Shown: one piece after another, positions 35,549 through 46,366 of the stretch
Position numbering within the stretch: the first letter of the stretch is position 1
How the letters are laid out: every line of letters starts with the position of its first letter
Source: Gemmatimonadaceae bacterium
GTDB taxonomy: Bacteria > Gemmatimonadota > Gemmatimonadetes > Gemmatimonadales > Gemmatimonadaceae
Length of the DNA stretch: 64,000 bases
Direction of reading: 5' to 3'
Assembly: GCA_045803545.1 (NCBI GenBank)
Contig: JBJMOW010000004.1
Coordinates: 640,001 to 704,000, forward strand
Position numbers and translations under genes: made by a program
Notes under the pieces: model-generated
The model's database searches: none
Seen by the model: only the letters and a program-made list of their open reading frames with translations
Told to the model about the DNA's origin: nothing

Positions 35549-36716
35549 ATTTCTTAGCAGTCGTTGGAGAAGATGCCGGGCGAGCGACAACGGAAGGATT
35601 GCCGTCCGAGATGTACGCGTTGCCGGACTTCTCGAGCCTATCCATGTTCTGCTGAATAGCGTTCCCTATCACCTGGATGCGCGGAGTCGAGCCCGGATTG
35701 AACGCCGGGTCATAGGGGGAGCGCATTGGCCCACCGTCGACCTCGAACACCACCGGCCAGGAATAAGAAACCGTTTTACCAGTCTTCGGATTGGTCCAGG
35801 ATCCTTTGGTTGCAAGCGCCCGATTCTTCGGCCACAGTCCCTGCGGCAACGCCATCGATCTGATCCTGTAGCCCGGTACCGCGGAGTCGATCGCGAGTAC
35901 GTTGCGCGCGATCTGCTCCTGCACGAAGGGGTCGGGATACTTACTCAGCTGCGCGTGCCACAATGTGTGATCGCAGAGCTCGAATCCGTTGTCAGCGAGC
36001 CATTTCACTTTCTGGAATCGCCAGTTCGACAGCTGTCCCTGGATGCCCCGATCACCAAAGAAATTGTGGCCGGCATTGGCGCCTGAGAGGAGGCAGAACA
36101 CTCCCTTGTTCGCCCAATCGGGATGCGTCTTCTTGAAATCGAGCCAGATGCCGACGCCGCTGGTCGGATCGATCTCGAGCTTGCCGTTGTTGTTGATGTA
36201 GCGGAACTGCTCCGGCGACGCATCGTCGAACACGAACACTACCGGCGACAATCCTGCCGGCAGATTGAGGTTCTTGTCGAGCACGTCCGCCATGTTTACG
36301 GGCCTATATCCGCGGTCGTACAGCAGCTCGAGGTCCTTTCGAAACTGGCCGCGCTCCCGCGCGTAGAAGCCATTATGGTCGGTGATGAGGTGATACTCGA
36401 GCACCATGATTCGTCCCATCTCATTGGGGACGCGATTTGGATTCGGTTTTGCTCCGGGATCGGGACTAGCGTTGGAAGCGGGCACGATTACACCACTGCC
36501 AGTCGAAGTTGCCGCAGTACCGCTTCCCGCTTCCCGCTTCCCGCTTCCCACCGTTGGACCTGCAGCACTGCCAGCGGTGTCTGATGTGGTGTTGGAAGGC
36601 TGTGCCAACGAGGCTGCGCTATTACTGTTCGCGGCAGATGCCGATTTCGTCTCGCTCCCGCTGCAGGCAGTGACAGCGGTCGCGATTGCGATCGAAAAGA
36701 GGATTGAACGATTCAT
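35547..36716 (-). CDS. Polysaccharide deacetylase-family lipoprotein
   Basis: VTAC lipobox, LEYH, FVFDD, HTLWH, ALPQG. Confidence 0.8.
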   Translation of the reverse strand: MNRSILFSIAIATAVTACSGSETKSASAANSNSAASLAQPSNTTSDTAGSAAGPTVGSGKREAGSGTAATSTGSGVIVPASNASPDPGAKPNPNRVPNEMGRIMVLEYHLITDHNGFYARERGQFRKDLELLYDRGYRPVNMADVLDKNLNLPAGLSPVVFVFDDASPEQFRYINNNGKLEIDPTSGVGIWLDFKKTHPDWANKGVFCLLSGANAGHNFFGDRGIQGQLSNWRFQKVKWLADNGFELCDHTLWHAQLSKYPDPFVQEQIARNVLAIDSAVPGYRIRSMALPQGLWPKNRALATKGSWTNPKTGKTVSYSWPVVFEVDGGPMRSPYDPAFNPGSTPRIQVIGNAIQQNMDRLEKSGNAYISDGNPSVVARPASSPTTAKK

Positions 36717-36737
36717 TTTTCGCGTCTGATTTCTGGA

Positions 36738-38861
36738 ATGGGAACTAGGTCCCGGGGCTTCTTCGGCTGGTTGTCTTCACACCGTCGAGGAATTCTCCTC
36801 GGTACATTCGCAATTTGTATTCTAGCGATCTACTTCACCGATGCGTGGCTGCTGACGTGCGGTTTCGATGGCTGTCCGACACCGCGCGACATCCAGACGT
36901 TCCAGCCCGATCAGGGCGGCCGCATCCTCGATCGCTACAACCGTCTGATGGGACGGATCGAGCTGGTGCGGCGCGTCAACGTACCGCTGAGCCAGGTTCC
37001 GGTGTTCGTCCAGCAGGCGTTCGTCGCCACCGAAGACCGCCGCTTTTACGAGCACGGCGGCCTCGACTGGCGCGGCTTCTTCCGCGCACTGATCACGAAC
37101 ATCAGGGCCGGCGGCACCCGCCAAGGTTTCAGCACGATTACAATGCAGGTCGCCCGTAACACCTTCGCGGTGCGAAAGTATCCCGCGCGATCGCTGCGTC
37201 AGAAACTCACTGAGCTTCGACTGTCGCGCCTCATCGAGCACTCGCTCACCAAGCAGCAGATCCTTGAGCTGTACTTCAACGTTATCTACATGGGCAACGG
37301 CGTCTACGGCGTCGAGGCAGCCAGTAGAGATCTGTTCGGCAAGAGCGTCAACAAGATCAATCTCCCGCAGGCAGCAACGCTGGCTGCGCTGCCCAAGGCG
37401 CCGTCGGTCTACACACCACGACGCCATCCGCAGCGCGCGCTCGATCGACGCAATCTCGTTCTCACGCTGATGGTGCAGCAGGGATACGTGTCGGCCAATC
37501 GCCTGCCCGGTTTGCAGGCGGCGCCACTTGCCATGGCGAAAGACGAGTGGCGTCCGAGCGATCCCACCGATTCGTACGCGCTCGACGCGGTGCGCAGTTT
37601 AGTCGATTCGATCATCCAGGGCGGTACCGCGGACATTGTCGATCTCACCGTGCGCACGACGCTCGACCGAAACGCGCAGATCGCCGGCGATCGCGCGGTA
37701 CGACGTCGCGCGGCGGCGATCCAGTCCGAGGCGTCGAGACGCGCCCCGATCCAGGGTGCGATGGTGGCGATCGATCCGCGCAACGGCGACATCCGTGCAC
37801 TTACGGGCGGGCGGCAGTACGAGCGCGGGACGTTCAATCGCGCGCTGCTCGCCCATCGTCAGCCTGGCTCCGCGTTCAAGCCGTTCGTCTACGCCGCGGC
37901 GATGGCAGCGGGCTACACACCATCCTCAGAAGTCGACGACGATCCAATCGATGTGATTCAGGGTCGCAGCGTCTGGTCGCCGGCGAATTACAACGACGAC
38001 TACGCCGGAAGAATCACTTTCCGCAAAGCGCTGATTCGCTCGGCGAACGCTGCGACCGTACGCGTGAGTCAGGCAGTCGGAATTCAGCGCGTAATTGCGC
38101 AGGCCAAAAAGAACGGCATCGTCAGTCAGATCCCCGATCTTCCTTCCGTCGCACTCGGTACCGCCGAAGTCACCCCGATCGAATTGGTGACCGCGTATGC
38201 GCCATTCGCGAATGGTGGATTCAAAGTGCGACCGCGACTGATTCGCAGCATCTCCGCCGCGAACGACATTCCGATCTGGGAAGATCCAGAGCGCGATATG
38301 AACAATCGCCCGCAGGTAATGGATCCGCGCGATGCTTATCAGGTGACTTCGATGTTGCAGTCGGTGGTCGACTATGGTACGGGCAAAACGATTCGCGACC
38401 TTGGTGTGAAAGGCCTCGTCGCCGGAAAAACCGGCACCACCAACAGTGGCACCGACGTCTGGTTCGTGGGCTACACGCCGACCGTGATTGCAGCGTTCTG
38501 GTTTGGCTTCGACGTGCCCGCTCCGATCTCCGGCGATGCATCAGGCGGAAGACTCGCCGCGCCTGCGTGGGCGGAGTTCTATCTCAACGGTTGGCACGAG
38601 GTCGCCGCCGCAACCGCGTGGAATCCGCCGCCCGGCATGATCGAGCGCATCATCGATCCCACCACCGGCTATCTCGCGACGGAGTGGTGTCCGGTCACTC
38701 GCAACGAGTACTACAAACCCGAAGATCCTCTGCCCACAATCCCGTGCCCCGAGCATGGGCCTGACATGGATCAGAGCGCTCAGGGTGATCGCCCGCAAAA
38801 TGCGCCGGACGATCTCGGCCAGCGCATAGGTCGCGCGCTCGGCCGCATCTTCCGGTTTTAG
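36738..38861 (+). CDS. Class A penicillin-binding protein (PBP1A family)
   Basis: EDRRFYEH, GFSTITMQ, SAFK, SAN, KTG motifs. Confidence 0.93.
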   Translation: MGTRSRGFFGWLSSHRRGILLGTFAICILAIYFTDAWLLTCGFDGCPTPRDIQTFQPDQGGRILDRYNRLMGRIELVRRVNVPLSQVPVFVQQAFVATEDRRFYEHGGLDWRGFFRALITNIRAGGTRQGFSTITMQVARNTFAVRKYPARSLRQKLTELRLSRLIEHSLTKQQILELYFNVIYMGNGVYGVEAASRDLFGKSVNKINLPQAATLAALPKAPSVYTPRRHPQRALDRRNLVLTLMVQQGYVSANRLPGLQAAPLAMAKDEWRPSDPTDSYALDAVRSLVDSIIQGGTADIVDLTVRTTLDRNAQIAGDRAVRRRAAAIQSEASRRAPIQGAMVAIDPRNGDIRALTGGRQYERGTFNRALLAHRQPGSAFKPFVYAAAMAAGYTPSSEVDDDPIDVIQGRSVWSPANYNDDYAGRITFRKALIRSANAATVRVSQAVGIQRVIAQAKKNGIVSQIPDLPSVALGTAEVTPIELVTAYAPFANGGFKVRPRLIRSISAANDIPIWEDPERDMNNRPQVMDPRDAYQVTSMLQSVVDYGTGKTIRDLGVKGLVAGKTGTTNSGTDVWFVGYTPTVIAAFWFGFDVPAPISGDASGGRLAAPAWAEFYLNGWHEVAAATAWNPPPGMIERIIDPTTGYLATEWCPVTRNEYYKPEDPLPTIPCPEHGPDMDQSAQGDRPQNAPDDLGQRIGRALGRIFRF

Positions 38862-38887
38862 CTCCTCTCGCTTGTTGCGCTTCGGGG

Positions 38888-39024
38888 ATCTCTGTTTGGG
38901 TCGAGGCGAGGGGCATTCCCTGAAAAACTGCTCGACCCGCTGTCTTGCGACATCATTGTCGTTGGCGTTCGGAGCGGAGGCGGGTCTGCGCGATGTTTTT
39001 CAGGGAACGCCCCTCGCCTCTCCC
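38888..39024 (+). repeat. Long intergenic hairpin element, copy 1
   Basis: GAGGGGCATTCCCTGAAAAA...TTTTTCAGGGAACGCCCCTC; near-identical to 55384-55517. Confidence 0.85.
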
Positions 39025-39151
39025 TACCGCGATCTGTAGATGCGAGCTGCGGAAGGAGCTACACCGGGCGCGCGTCGTGGAACGCACGCATGTTGCGGGG
39101 CTTGCCGGGCCGCCGCGCGCTACGCGCGCGTGCAGTTGCGGAACTGTGTGA

Positions 39152-39284
39152 GGAGGGCAGAGAGCGTTCCTGAAAGGTCGCGCAGACCCGCGTCATCTTA
39201 GAACGCCACTCACACGGTAGCCCGGACGTAGCGGGTCGAGAAGCTTTTCAGGAATGCTCTCTCCCCGACCTAACAACAGAGATC
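39152..39284 (-). repeat. Long intergenic hairpin element, copy 2 (inverted, diverged)
   Basis: Reverse complement keeps GCATTCCTGAAAA, CTCGACCCGC, GCGGGTCTGCGCGA and TTTCAGGAACGC. Confidence 0.75.
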
Positions 39285-40541
39285 TCAAACGACGCCGACG
39301 TAGTTAGCTGGCGACGCGGCAAAACGCGGGAAGATGCGGTCGAGGGCGCGCGCGCCCATGTGATGCGACACGACTTCGGCGAACACCGATCTGAAGTCTG
39401 TGGTGAGCGCAAGGTCGCGCCCCTCGTACAGCTGCTCGGGCTCGAGGCCCGGCCACTTACCGTGCACCTTGCCGCCCCTGACGTGTCCGCCGATTACGAA
39501 CAGAGCGCCGGCGTGACCGTGATCGGTGCCGCGGTTGCCGTTCTCGCGCGCCATGCGACCGAACTCCGACATCGTCATGATCACGACGTCGTCCATTCTG
39601 TCGCCGAGGTCGGTGACGAGCGCGGCAATGGAGCGGGAGAAATCGTCGAGACGTTGCGCGAGCTGGCCAGTCGACGAGCCCTGGTTTACGTGGGTGTCCC
39701 AGCCGCCGACATCGGCGAATGCGACCTCGAGACCGACGTTCGACTTGATCAATTGTGCGATCTGCATTAAGCGCTGGCCGAACTGTGAGCGCGGATAGTC
39801 CGCGCCGTTCTGCGGCAGATATTTCTGCGGATTCGCCGAGCGAAGCATCTTGACCGCGTCAAACGTCTCGGCGCCGGTGGCGTGCACGAGATCTGCCGAT
39901 CCCGTGCGATACAGCGCTTCCAGTCTTTCCGCGCTGCTGCCAGTCGCGCGCACGCTGAATTCCTGCAGACTGTTCATCGCCACCGTCGCACTCGGTCCCT
40001 CGAGAATGCGCGGCGTCTGCGGAGTCAGCGCGACAGCGCGGAACGGAGTTTTGGCAAGATTGCATTCATCGCACGTTCCCTGAACGGCGAGATAACGATT
40101 GAGCCAGCCGTCAGTCGTGCCCTTCACGTCGGGCGTGCCTGTCTCCATGTAATCCTGCGCGTCGAAGTGCGAGCGCGTGGTGCTGGGGCTTCCGACTGCA
40201 TGAACCGGCGCCAACAATCCTCGATCGTACAGCGGCTTCAACGGCGCCAACGCCGGATGCAACCCAAAGAATCCATCGAGATCGATCGCCGAATCCGCGA
40301 CGCCCCTGGACGGCTGGGGAATGTTTATGGAGGGTCTCATCGCGTAGTACGCGCGCTCGCCGTGCGGCACGACGATGTTCAAAGCGTCCGCGGCGCCACG
40401 CTGAAAGAGGCAAATCAAAACTTTCCCCTTCGGGGCCTTCGGCAATTCCATCCCGAACGTGACTCGCCGCAGAAAACTGGGACTGAGTCCCATAGTAACC
40501 AGCGCGAGCGCACCCGATTTGACGAACACTCTACGATCCAT
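39285..40541 (-). CDS. DUF1501 family protein
   Basis: Tat-like MDRRVF, RSHFDAQ, GGWDTH, SEFGR, GTDHG. Confidence 0.9.
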   Translation of the reverse strand: MDRRVFVKSGALALVTMGLSPSFLRRVTFGMELPKAPKGKVLICLFQRGAADALNIVVPHGERAYYAMRPSINIPQPSRGVADSAIDLDGFFGLHPALAPLKPLYDRGLLAPVHAVGSPSTTRSHFDAQDYMETGTPDVKGTTDGWLNRYLAVQGTCDECNLAKTPFRAVALTPQTPRILEGPSATVAMNSLQEFSVRATGSSAERLEALYRTGSADLVHATGAETFDAVKMLRSANPQKYLPQNGADYPRSQFGQRLMQIAQLIKSNVGLEVAFADVGGWDTHVNQGSSTGQLAQRLDDFSRSIAALVTDLGDRMDDVVIMTMSEFGRMARENGNRGTDHGHAGALFVIGGHVRGGKVHGKWPGLEPEQLYEGRDLALTTDFRSVFAEVVSHHMGARALDRIFPRFAASPANYVGVV

Positions 40542-40653
40542 AGCTCCTTCCTTTTATTGCTGACTTACTGAGTACGAGCTGCAAAGCTGGTCCTCAATCC
40601 TCACTTAGTCCGCGATGATCGATGCCCTTAGTCTCAGGCCTCAGTCCTCAGTC

Positions 40654-42570
40654 CTAATGTCTTTGAAACTCCGGCGATCCCAACGCCAACCCAACGATCT
40701 GTGTAATCCCACTGACCTGCGGTACAGCGCCAAGTCCTCGACCCTGCAACGCGACTTTCTTCGCACCACCACCCTTCTTCGGCCGCGGACTGTCCGCGCC
40801 GCTCATCATCTCTTCACTGTCGGCGGTTGAATCCATCGATGGCATGGCTTGCAGCCCCGAACTGCTCAACAACGGATGCTCGCCCGACAGCAAAACTGCG
40901 CGGGTATCCGGCGACGCCATCCCGTTCAAAACCGTCGCCACCACAGCATCGACCTGTTTCTCTCTCGAAGCTCCCCGCAGAGAATCGAGCGCCGGCTGCG
41001 ATCCGACATCGACGCCCGGCAGTCGTCCCGCCGCTGCCGCCATCCCGAAATTGATGCGATTGAGAATCGCGCCTGTGTTCATCCAGGCGTCGCCCGTCTC
41101 CGGCCAACCGTTCGGCGCTTGATGCCCGAAGATCGGTTGCCCGAGGTATGCGATCATCTGCGCTGACCTCGGCGTTTCGTCCGGTGGCGCGTTCATCGCG
41201 CGCGCAGCGCTGACGACAACCTCGAACGGCGTCTTCACCTTGGTCCTGAATGCCTGCTGCGAGAAAAACTCCGGCGACGTGATGATCGCGCGCAGTGTCT
41301 CGCGAATGTCTCCGCCGGTTTTCAGAAAAACCTGCGCTGCGTGATCGACCAATACTTTCGAAGGACTGTCGGACACAAACCGGCGCGCGAGCTTGAAGGC
41401 GATGAAGTGCGCGGTCGCCGGACTCTTCGAGATGATGTCGAGCACGTCTTCCCCATCTTCGATTCCGCGACCTGCCGCCAGCTTGTGGCCAAGCACGACT
41501 TTCGATCCCGCATCATGCACCTGGGGCCGGAAGATGAATCCGCCGCCCTGCGCCGGCGGACGAATCGTCCAGCCAGTGAACGCGCGCGCGACGTCGATCA
41601 CGTCCTGCTGGGTGTATCCGCCATCCACACCGAGGGTGTGCAGCTCGAGCAGCTCGCGACCGTAATTCTCGTTGAGTCCCTGCCGCTGTTTCTGCTGTTG
41701 CGGCTGCGGCTGCCTCGGCATTGGCATTGGCGGCATCCCGAGAATTCCACCGAAGCGGCCGCGTCTCGTCGCTCTAACGCCTCCCGCCTCCCGCGCCCCG
41801 CCTCTCGTCTCCCCCCTCCCACCTCCCGCCAACGTCGGCTGAGTGCTATCCGCCATGCTGCGCGCGTTGTCGAGATAGAACAGCATCGCCGGACTCTTGG
41901 CGGTCGCGTCGAGCAGATCGCGGAATTTGCCGAGCGCGTTGGGTCGAATGACGTTCTGATCGAAATCGACGAGATAGTACGGCTCTGGCGCGCCCTTGCC
42001 GAGGAAGATGTTGAAGTGATTTTCCCAGAAGTCGGTCATCACTTCCTGCAGCTGTCGCTCGCTGCCGACCGCACGCGCAACGCGCGACGACTGCAATTGC
42101 GTGACGACCTGTCGCCGTCCGTTCTGCAACTGTCGCTGCTCCATGATCATCGCGCTGTCCTGCGCGGTGAGTCCTTTGGTCGAGTCAGCCTTATCGCGTT
42201 TGATCTCGCGACGCTCGCGTTGCTGCACCGCGTACTGCTTGAGCAAATCGTTCTGATCCTGACGGAGCGTCGCGTACTTCGTGTTCACGAAGTCGTTCAG
42301 GATGTTGTCGTTGATCTTGTCGGGGTGCAGCTGCAGATCGATCCAGTTATCGAGTCCGATCGCGCGCACTCTCGCAACGTCACCCGGCCTCGACCCAAAC
42401 GTGAGCCGGTTAAGAGCCTGAATGATCTGCTGATCAGCCGGCAGCTCACGCGTATCGGAACGCGCAATACCCGACTTCTGCGCAGAAGTACCAATCTTCT
42501 GTGCGTATAAGCCAACAGGTGCGCTACTGATTAGGAGCGCTGTCCCAAAAACGACTTTTGTGATCCGCAT
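40654..42570 (-). CDS. DUF1800 family protein
   Basis: FWENHF, SPAMLFYLDN, NENYGRELLELHTLG, SPEFQ. Confidence 0.92.
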   Translation of the reverse strand: MRITKVVFGTALLISSAPVGLYAQKIGTSAQKSGIARSDTRELPADQQIIQALNRLTFGSRPGDVARVRAIGLDNWIDLQLHPDKINDNILNDFVNTKYATLRQDQNDLLKQYAVQQRERREIKRDKADSTKGLTAQDSAMIMEQRQLQNGRRQVVTQLQSSRVARAVGSERQLQEVMTDFWENHFNIFLGKGAPEPYYLVDFDQNVIRPNALGKFRDLLDATAKSPAMLFYLDNARSMADSTQPTLAGGGRGETRGGAREAGGVRATRRGRFGGILGMPPMPMPRQPQPQQQKQRQGLNENYGRELLELHTLGVDGGYTQQDVIDVARAFTGWTIRPPAQGGGFIFRPQVHDAGSKVVLGHKLAAGRGIEDGEDVLDIISKSPATAHFIAFKLARRFVSDSPSKVLVDHAAQVFLKTGGDIRETLRAIITSPEFFSQQAFRTKVKTPFEVVVSAARAMNAPPDETPRSAQMIAYLGQPIFGHQAPNGWPETGDAWMNTGAILNRINFGMAAAAGRLPGVDVGSQPALDSLRGASREKQVDAVVATVLNGMASPDTRAVLLSGEHPLLSSSGLQAMPSMDSTADSEEMMSGADSPRPKKGGGAKKVALQGRGLGAVPQVSGITQIVGLALGSPEFQRH

Positions 42571-42784
42571 TTGCCCCCCTTCCCGCTTCCCGCTTCCCGC
42601 TCCCCGCCTCCCTCATCTGACGTCCGAGGCTCATGCCGCGTTAAGCGCCGTTCATACGTCAGAAAGTGCCGTTTATCACATTCTGGACACTTCTAACCAT
42701 CAGAACGCCAACCTTCGGACCAGTCTCGCTATCTAATAAGTATTCGCAGCTTACCACACCGTTACTCGCTTCCCGCTTCCCGCT

Positions 42785-44233
42785 ATGCCCTCGATCTCTG
42801 AACGCCTGCTCGCCGCACTCGGCGGATCCTACACCATTGAGCGTGAGCTCACTGGCGGCGGGATGGCGCTCGTCTTCATGGGCGAAGACCACGACCTGGA
42901 GCGAAAGGTCGTCATCAAGGTGCTGCCACCAGAGCTGGCGGCGTCGGTTTCGGCTGAGCGTTTCAGACGCGAGATCCTGACGGTCGCACGACTGCAGCAT
43001 CCGCACATCGTCCCGATCCTCAAGGCGGGCGAGATCGACGGACTGCCGTACTTCGTGATGCCTTACGTCGACGGTGAATCGCTCGACATCAGACTGCGTC
43101 GCACCGGACCGCTCAGCGTGCGCGAGACGATGGCGATCATGAAAGACGTCGCGCGCGCTCTCGCGTTCGCGCACGCGGGAGGCGTCGTGCACCGCGACAT
43201 CAAGCCTGGCAACATTCTGCTCGCGTCAGGATCAGCGACAGTAACTGATTTCGGCGTCGCGAAAGCGTTGTCTTCCGCGCGTCGCTCGGGCGAGAAGAAC
43301 AAGACCAGCGGTCTCACCAACACCGGCATGTCCCTCGGCACCATTCTCTATATGGCGCCCGAGCAGGCAGCGGGTGACCCCGACATTGACGGCCGCGCCG
43401 ACATCTACGCGCTCGGCATCGCCGGCTACGAGATGCTGGCCGGGTCGGCGCCGTTCGCCGACCTCGGTCCGCGCGAGATGTTAACAGCGAGACTGACGCT
43501 GCCTCCTCGCCCACTTTCGAATTATCGGAAGGACGTGCCGGCTGGACTCGAGAGATTGATCGCGAAATGTCTGGCGATCGATCCTAAGGATCGCCCACAG
43601 ACTGCGGCCGACCTCGTCGAGATGCTGGAAGATCCGGAGACGATCAGTGGATCGTTCGCGTCCGCGAATTTCGCGCAGCACGGTCGTCGCGCGAAGCGGA
43701 TGGTGATCAGCGCGCTTGCGCTGGTAGGCGCGATTGTCGTTAGCGCTGGGATCTACACACGCCTGCATCCGAGCGGCACGTCCGCGGCCGCCGAGCCAGC
43801 TGCGATGACGAAGTCCGCGCAGCCCGTGCGGCCGGGGCAGCTGGGTGTGATCGCAGTGTTGCCATTTGTCAGCCTCGGCAATGATTCAGCTAACGCCTAT
43901 CTCGCGACGGGTGTCACCAACGCCGTTGCCGGCAAGTTGACGCAGGCAGGCGGCTTCAGAGTCCTCGCGCCAGGCCTGCCGCGCTCCGTGAAGCGTCGCA
44001 CCGACAGCTCGGTGACCGCGAGCCTCGACGCGCACTTGGTGCTCGAAGGAACCGTCGAGCGCATCGGCAATCGCCTTCGCGTGACCGCGCGCTTGAGCAG
44101 CACTGCCGACGACGTGATGCAGTGGGCCGACGTCTACGATCGCGACGTCAAGGATATTTTCGCGGTCGAAGACGACATTGCCGGCGCGATCGTGACGGCA
44201 GTAACGCCGGTCACGACCCAGAAACGCGGCTAA
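42785..44233 (+). CDS. Ser/Thr protein kinase with TM segment and TolB-N-like C-terminal domain
   Basis: VIK, HRDIKPGN, DFG, YMAPE; IAVLPF. Confidence 0.92.
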   Translation: MPSISERLLAALGGSYTIERELTGGGMALVFMGEDHDLERKVVIKVLPPELAASVSAERFRREILTVARLQHPHIVPILKAGEIDGLPYFVMPYVDGESLDIRLRRTGPLSVRETMAIMKDVARALAFAHAGGVVHRDIKPGNILLASGSATVTDFGVAKALSSARRSGEKNKTSGLTNTGMSLGTILYMAPEQAAGDPDIDGRADIYALGIAGYEMLAGSAPFADLGPREMLTARLTLPPRPLSNYRKDVPAGLERLIAKCLAIDPKDRPQTAADLVEMLEDPETISGSFASANFAQHGRRAKRMVISALALVGAIVVSAGIYTRLHPSGTSAAAEPAAMTKSAQPVRPGQLGVIAVLPFVSLGNDSANAYLATGVTNAVAGKLTQAGGFRVLAPGLPRSVKRRTDSSVTASLDAHLVLEGTVERIGNRLRVTARLSSTADDVMQWADVYDRDVKDIFAVEDDIAGAIVTAVTPVTTQKRG

Positions 44234-44298
44234 GCGCGCGGCGCCCAGCTGCGATCGACGCAAAGGATCCGAGCGCACAAAGTTGACATAATCAGCCC

Positions 44299-44327
44299 TT
44301 GTTTCGGCCTTTCTTCGGGCATAGGTT
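44299..44327 (+). promoter_or_regulatory. Possible sigma70-type promoter for the 44359 operon
   Basis: TTGTTT-N17-TAGGTT; a TTGACA at 44283 has no matching -10. Confidence 0.25.
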
Positions 44328-44358
44328 GGGAATCCAATCCAGAGTTGTCGAGCGCCCG

Positions 44359-44937
44359 ATGCCGAAGACCGATTCCTTCTTCAATCCAGAACACTACGCG
44401 ACCGTCGCCGAGCGGATAGAGATGTTCTATACGCGCTATCCGCAGGGTCGTATCAATACAGAGCTGGTCTCGCACGTCGACGGCGCCATCACGTTCAAGG
44501 CGTTCATCTACCGTGATCCGGGCGATACGACTCCCGCGGCGACGGGGTGGGCGAGCGAGCGCGAGGGCGACAGCGACATCAATACGGTCGCTTGTCTCGA
44601 GAATACCGAGACGTCGGCGGTCGGCCGCGCCCTCGCCAATCTCGGATTCATCGCGAGCGCGAAGCGCCCAAGTCGCGAGGAGATGGAGAAAGTCCTGCGT
44701 ATGCGATCCACGCTCGCGTTCGGCAAACGACGCGAGTCTCCGCCATCGCTCCAGACGCGCGCCAATGCGAGAGATGATGTACTGCATCTGCTTGCGATCG
44801 CCGAGCAAAACGGCTTCTCGGTGCGGCGCGGTGAGATCTTGCGGGCGAGAGTCGTCGGCTACCCCGGACTGATTCTGCCGCGGCTGCGACAAATCGAGTC
44901 CGCACTGCGGAATTGGGTACGTCGGCATGAGCTGTAA
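44359..44937 (+). CDS. Phage-type Rad52/Sak-like single-strand annealing protein (putative)
   Basis: YATVAERI...ATGWASE...LENTETSAVGRALANLGF...PSREEM. Confidence 0.55.
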   Translation: MPKTDSFFNPEHYATVAERIEMFYTRYPQGRINTELVSHVDGAITFKAFIYRDPGDTTPAATGWASEREGDSDINTVACLENTETSAVGRALANLGFIASAKRPSREEMEKVLRMRSTLAFGKRRESPPSLQTRANARDDVLHLLAIAEQNGFSVRRGEILRARVVGYPGLILPRLRQIESALRNWVRRHEL

Positions 44938-44957
44938 CGGGTTGGGGTGCAGTCAGA

Positions 44958-45677
44958 GTGTCCGATCGCTATCCGACTTCCGCGAAGCTTCTTGCCGGTA
45001 TCCACGACGGTGACGAGCCGGCCATTCGCGAGTTCTTTCTGCTCTACGCCCCGCTGCTGCGCGATCAGGCGCGGCGAATGGGAGTCGACGGTGATGAGCG
45101 CGACGATATGGTGACGACTCTGCTCGACGATGTGGTATTGCATCTCATGGAGCATCGCCTCGCGCCGCGGGATCTCGCCCGCTATCTCGTCGCGGCGTTT
45201 CGTAACCGTGCTCGTCGTCGTCATCGCGATTCATCTCGCAGAGAGACCAGAGATGCTGGAGGCTATTCAGAGATTGGTAGCGCCCATCAATCTGTGGTTG
45301 CCGAATGTATTTCGGAGTACACGCTGTCGGTGACGGATGTGGGCGAGACTCATGTCGGTCGATCCGTCATCAGCCAGCTTGCTGAGCGCGTCGCCGGCGA
45401 GCTCGATGTCAGCGAGATGACGATGATGATTGGCATTGGTCGGCACATGCCGCTGCGCGAGATCGCCGAGCAGGTGGGGATAAGCTACGGCGCTGCGCGG
45501 GTGCGTGTGCATCGCCTGCGCGAACGCTTTCGCGGAATCGCGGGCGATTACCTGGCGACCCTCGAGCCTGAAGGGAAAAAGGAATTGTCGAGATTTTTCC
45601 GGCGCGCCGAGCTCGAGTTGCCTGCGGCGCCTGTCCATCAAAGTGCGCAGCGCGTGCTGCGGGAGCGAAGTCAATGA
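44958..45677 (+). CDS. ECF-type sigma factor
   Basis: Region 2 (GDEPAIREF...YAPLL...RYLVAAFRNR) and region 4 HTH (LREIAEQVGISYGAARVRVHRLR). Confidence 0.78.
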   Translation: MSDRYPTSAKLLAGIHDGDEPAIREFFLLYAPLLRDQARRMGVDGDERDDMVTTLLDDVVLHLMEHRLAPRDLARYLVAAFRNRARRRHRDSSRRETRDAGGYSEIGSAHQSVVAECISEYTLSVTDVGETHVGRSVISQLAERVAGELDVSEMTMMIGIGRHMPLREIAEQVGISYGAARVRVHRLRERFRGIAGDYLATLEPEGKKELSRFFRRAELELPAAPVHQSAQRVLRERSQ

Positions 45678-46366
45678 TCAGCAATGGCGATCAGTCGATT
45701 TACGAGTTCATGTCCGTTGTTGGTCGCGAGATCGAGTCGCAGGATCAGCAGCTCGCATTTCAGGATGAAAAGTTTCTGTCCTGGGTCGCCCGTGATCTTC
45801 AGGATTCACTGAATACCGAAGAGCGGACTCAGGACGAGCTCGATGCAGCCGATTTCGCACGTCGCGCGCTGACACGACTGGCCGTACGTCGCGCCGATCG
45901 CGCTCTGCCTCGGCGTCCGCTCCGTGAGCGCTCCGCGCCGGTCGCCGCGACGATCGAGCAATCAGCCGCAGTCGCCAGCGCCAACGGATGTGCGACGCTG
46001 CTCGATCTCGCGGTTGCGGCAGGGCAGGGCAGAGAGATCTGGGATGAGCCGTGCGATCGGTGGCTGGAGCTGCCGGAAGATGTTTCGGCCGGACGTTACG
46101 TGGCGCTGCGCGTTGCCGGTGACAGCATGACACCTGTGCTATGTCCACGGGAAGTGATTCTGATCCAGCTGGAGTCAACGCCGCGCGTCGACGATCTGGT
46201 GGTCGCGCGCCTGCCTGACCAGAGCCACGTCGTGAAGCGAGTCGCGTCAATCACGGACGGCAGCATCGAGCTGGCGTCGTTCAATCCGGACTATCAGCCC
46301 ATCTTCGTCGCGCGCGACCCGTCGCCGGTTGTCGGGACGGTCATCGCGAGATTCACGCGCGAGTAA
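45674..46366 (+). CDS. S24 (LexA/UmuD-type) autopeptidase with non-HTH N-terminus
   Basis: VAAG cleavage site, VAGDSM (Ser), VVKR (Lys), SFNPDY; ATGA overlap with the sigma gene. Confidence 0.85.
   Translation: MISNGDQSIYEFMSVVGREIESQDQQLAFQDEKFLSWVARDLQDSLNTEERTQDELDAADFARRALTRLAVRRADRALPRRPLRERSAPVAATIEQSAAVASANGCATLLDLAVAAGQGREIWDEPCDRWLELPEDVSAGRYVALRVAGDSMTPVLCPREVILIQLESTPRVDDLVVARLPDQSHVVKRVASITDGSIELASFNPDYQPIFVARDPSPVVGTVIARFTRE

Noticed and set aside
44359..46366. Prophage remnant or umuDC-type mutagenesis cassette
   Set aside because: No integrase, structural genes or Y-family polymerase nearby; the S24 gene is coupled to a sigma factor instead
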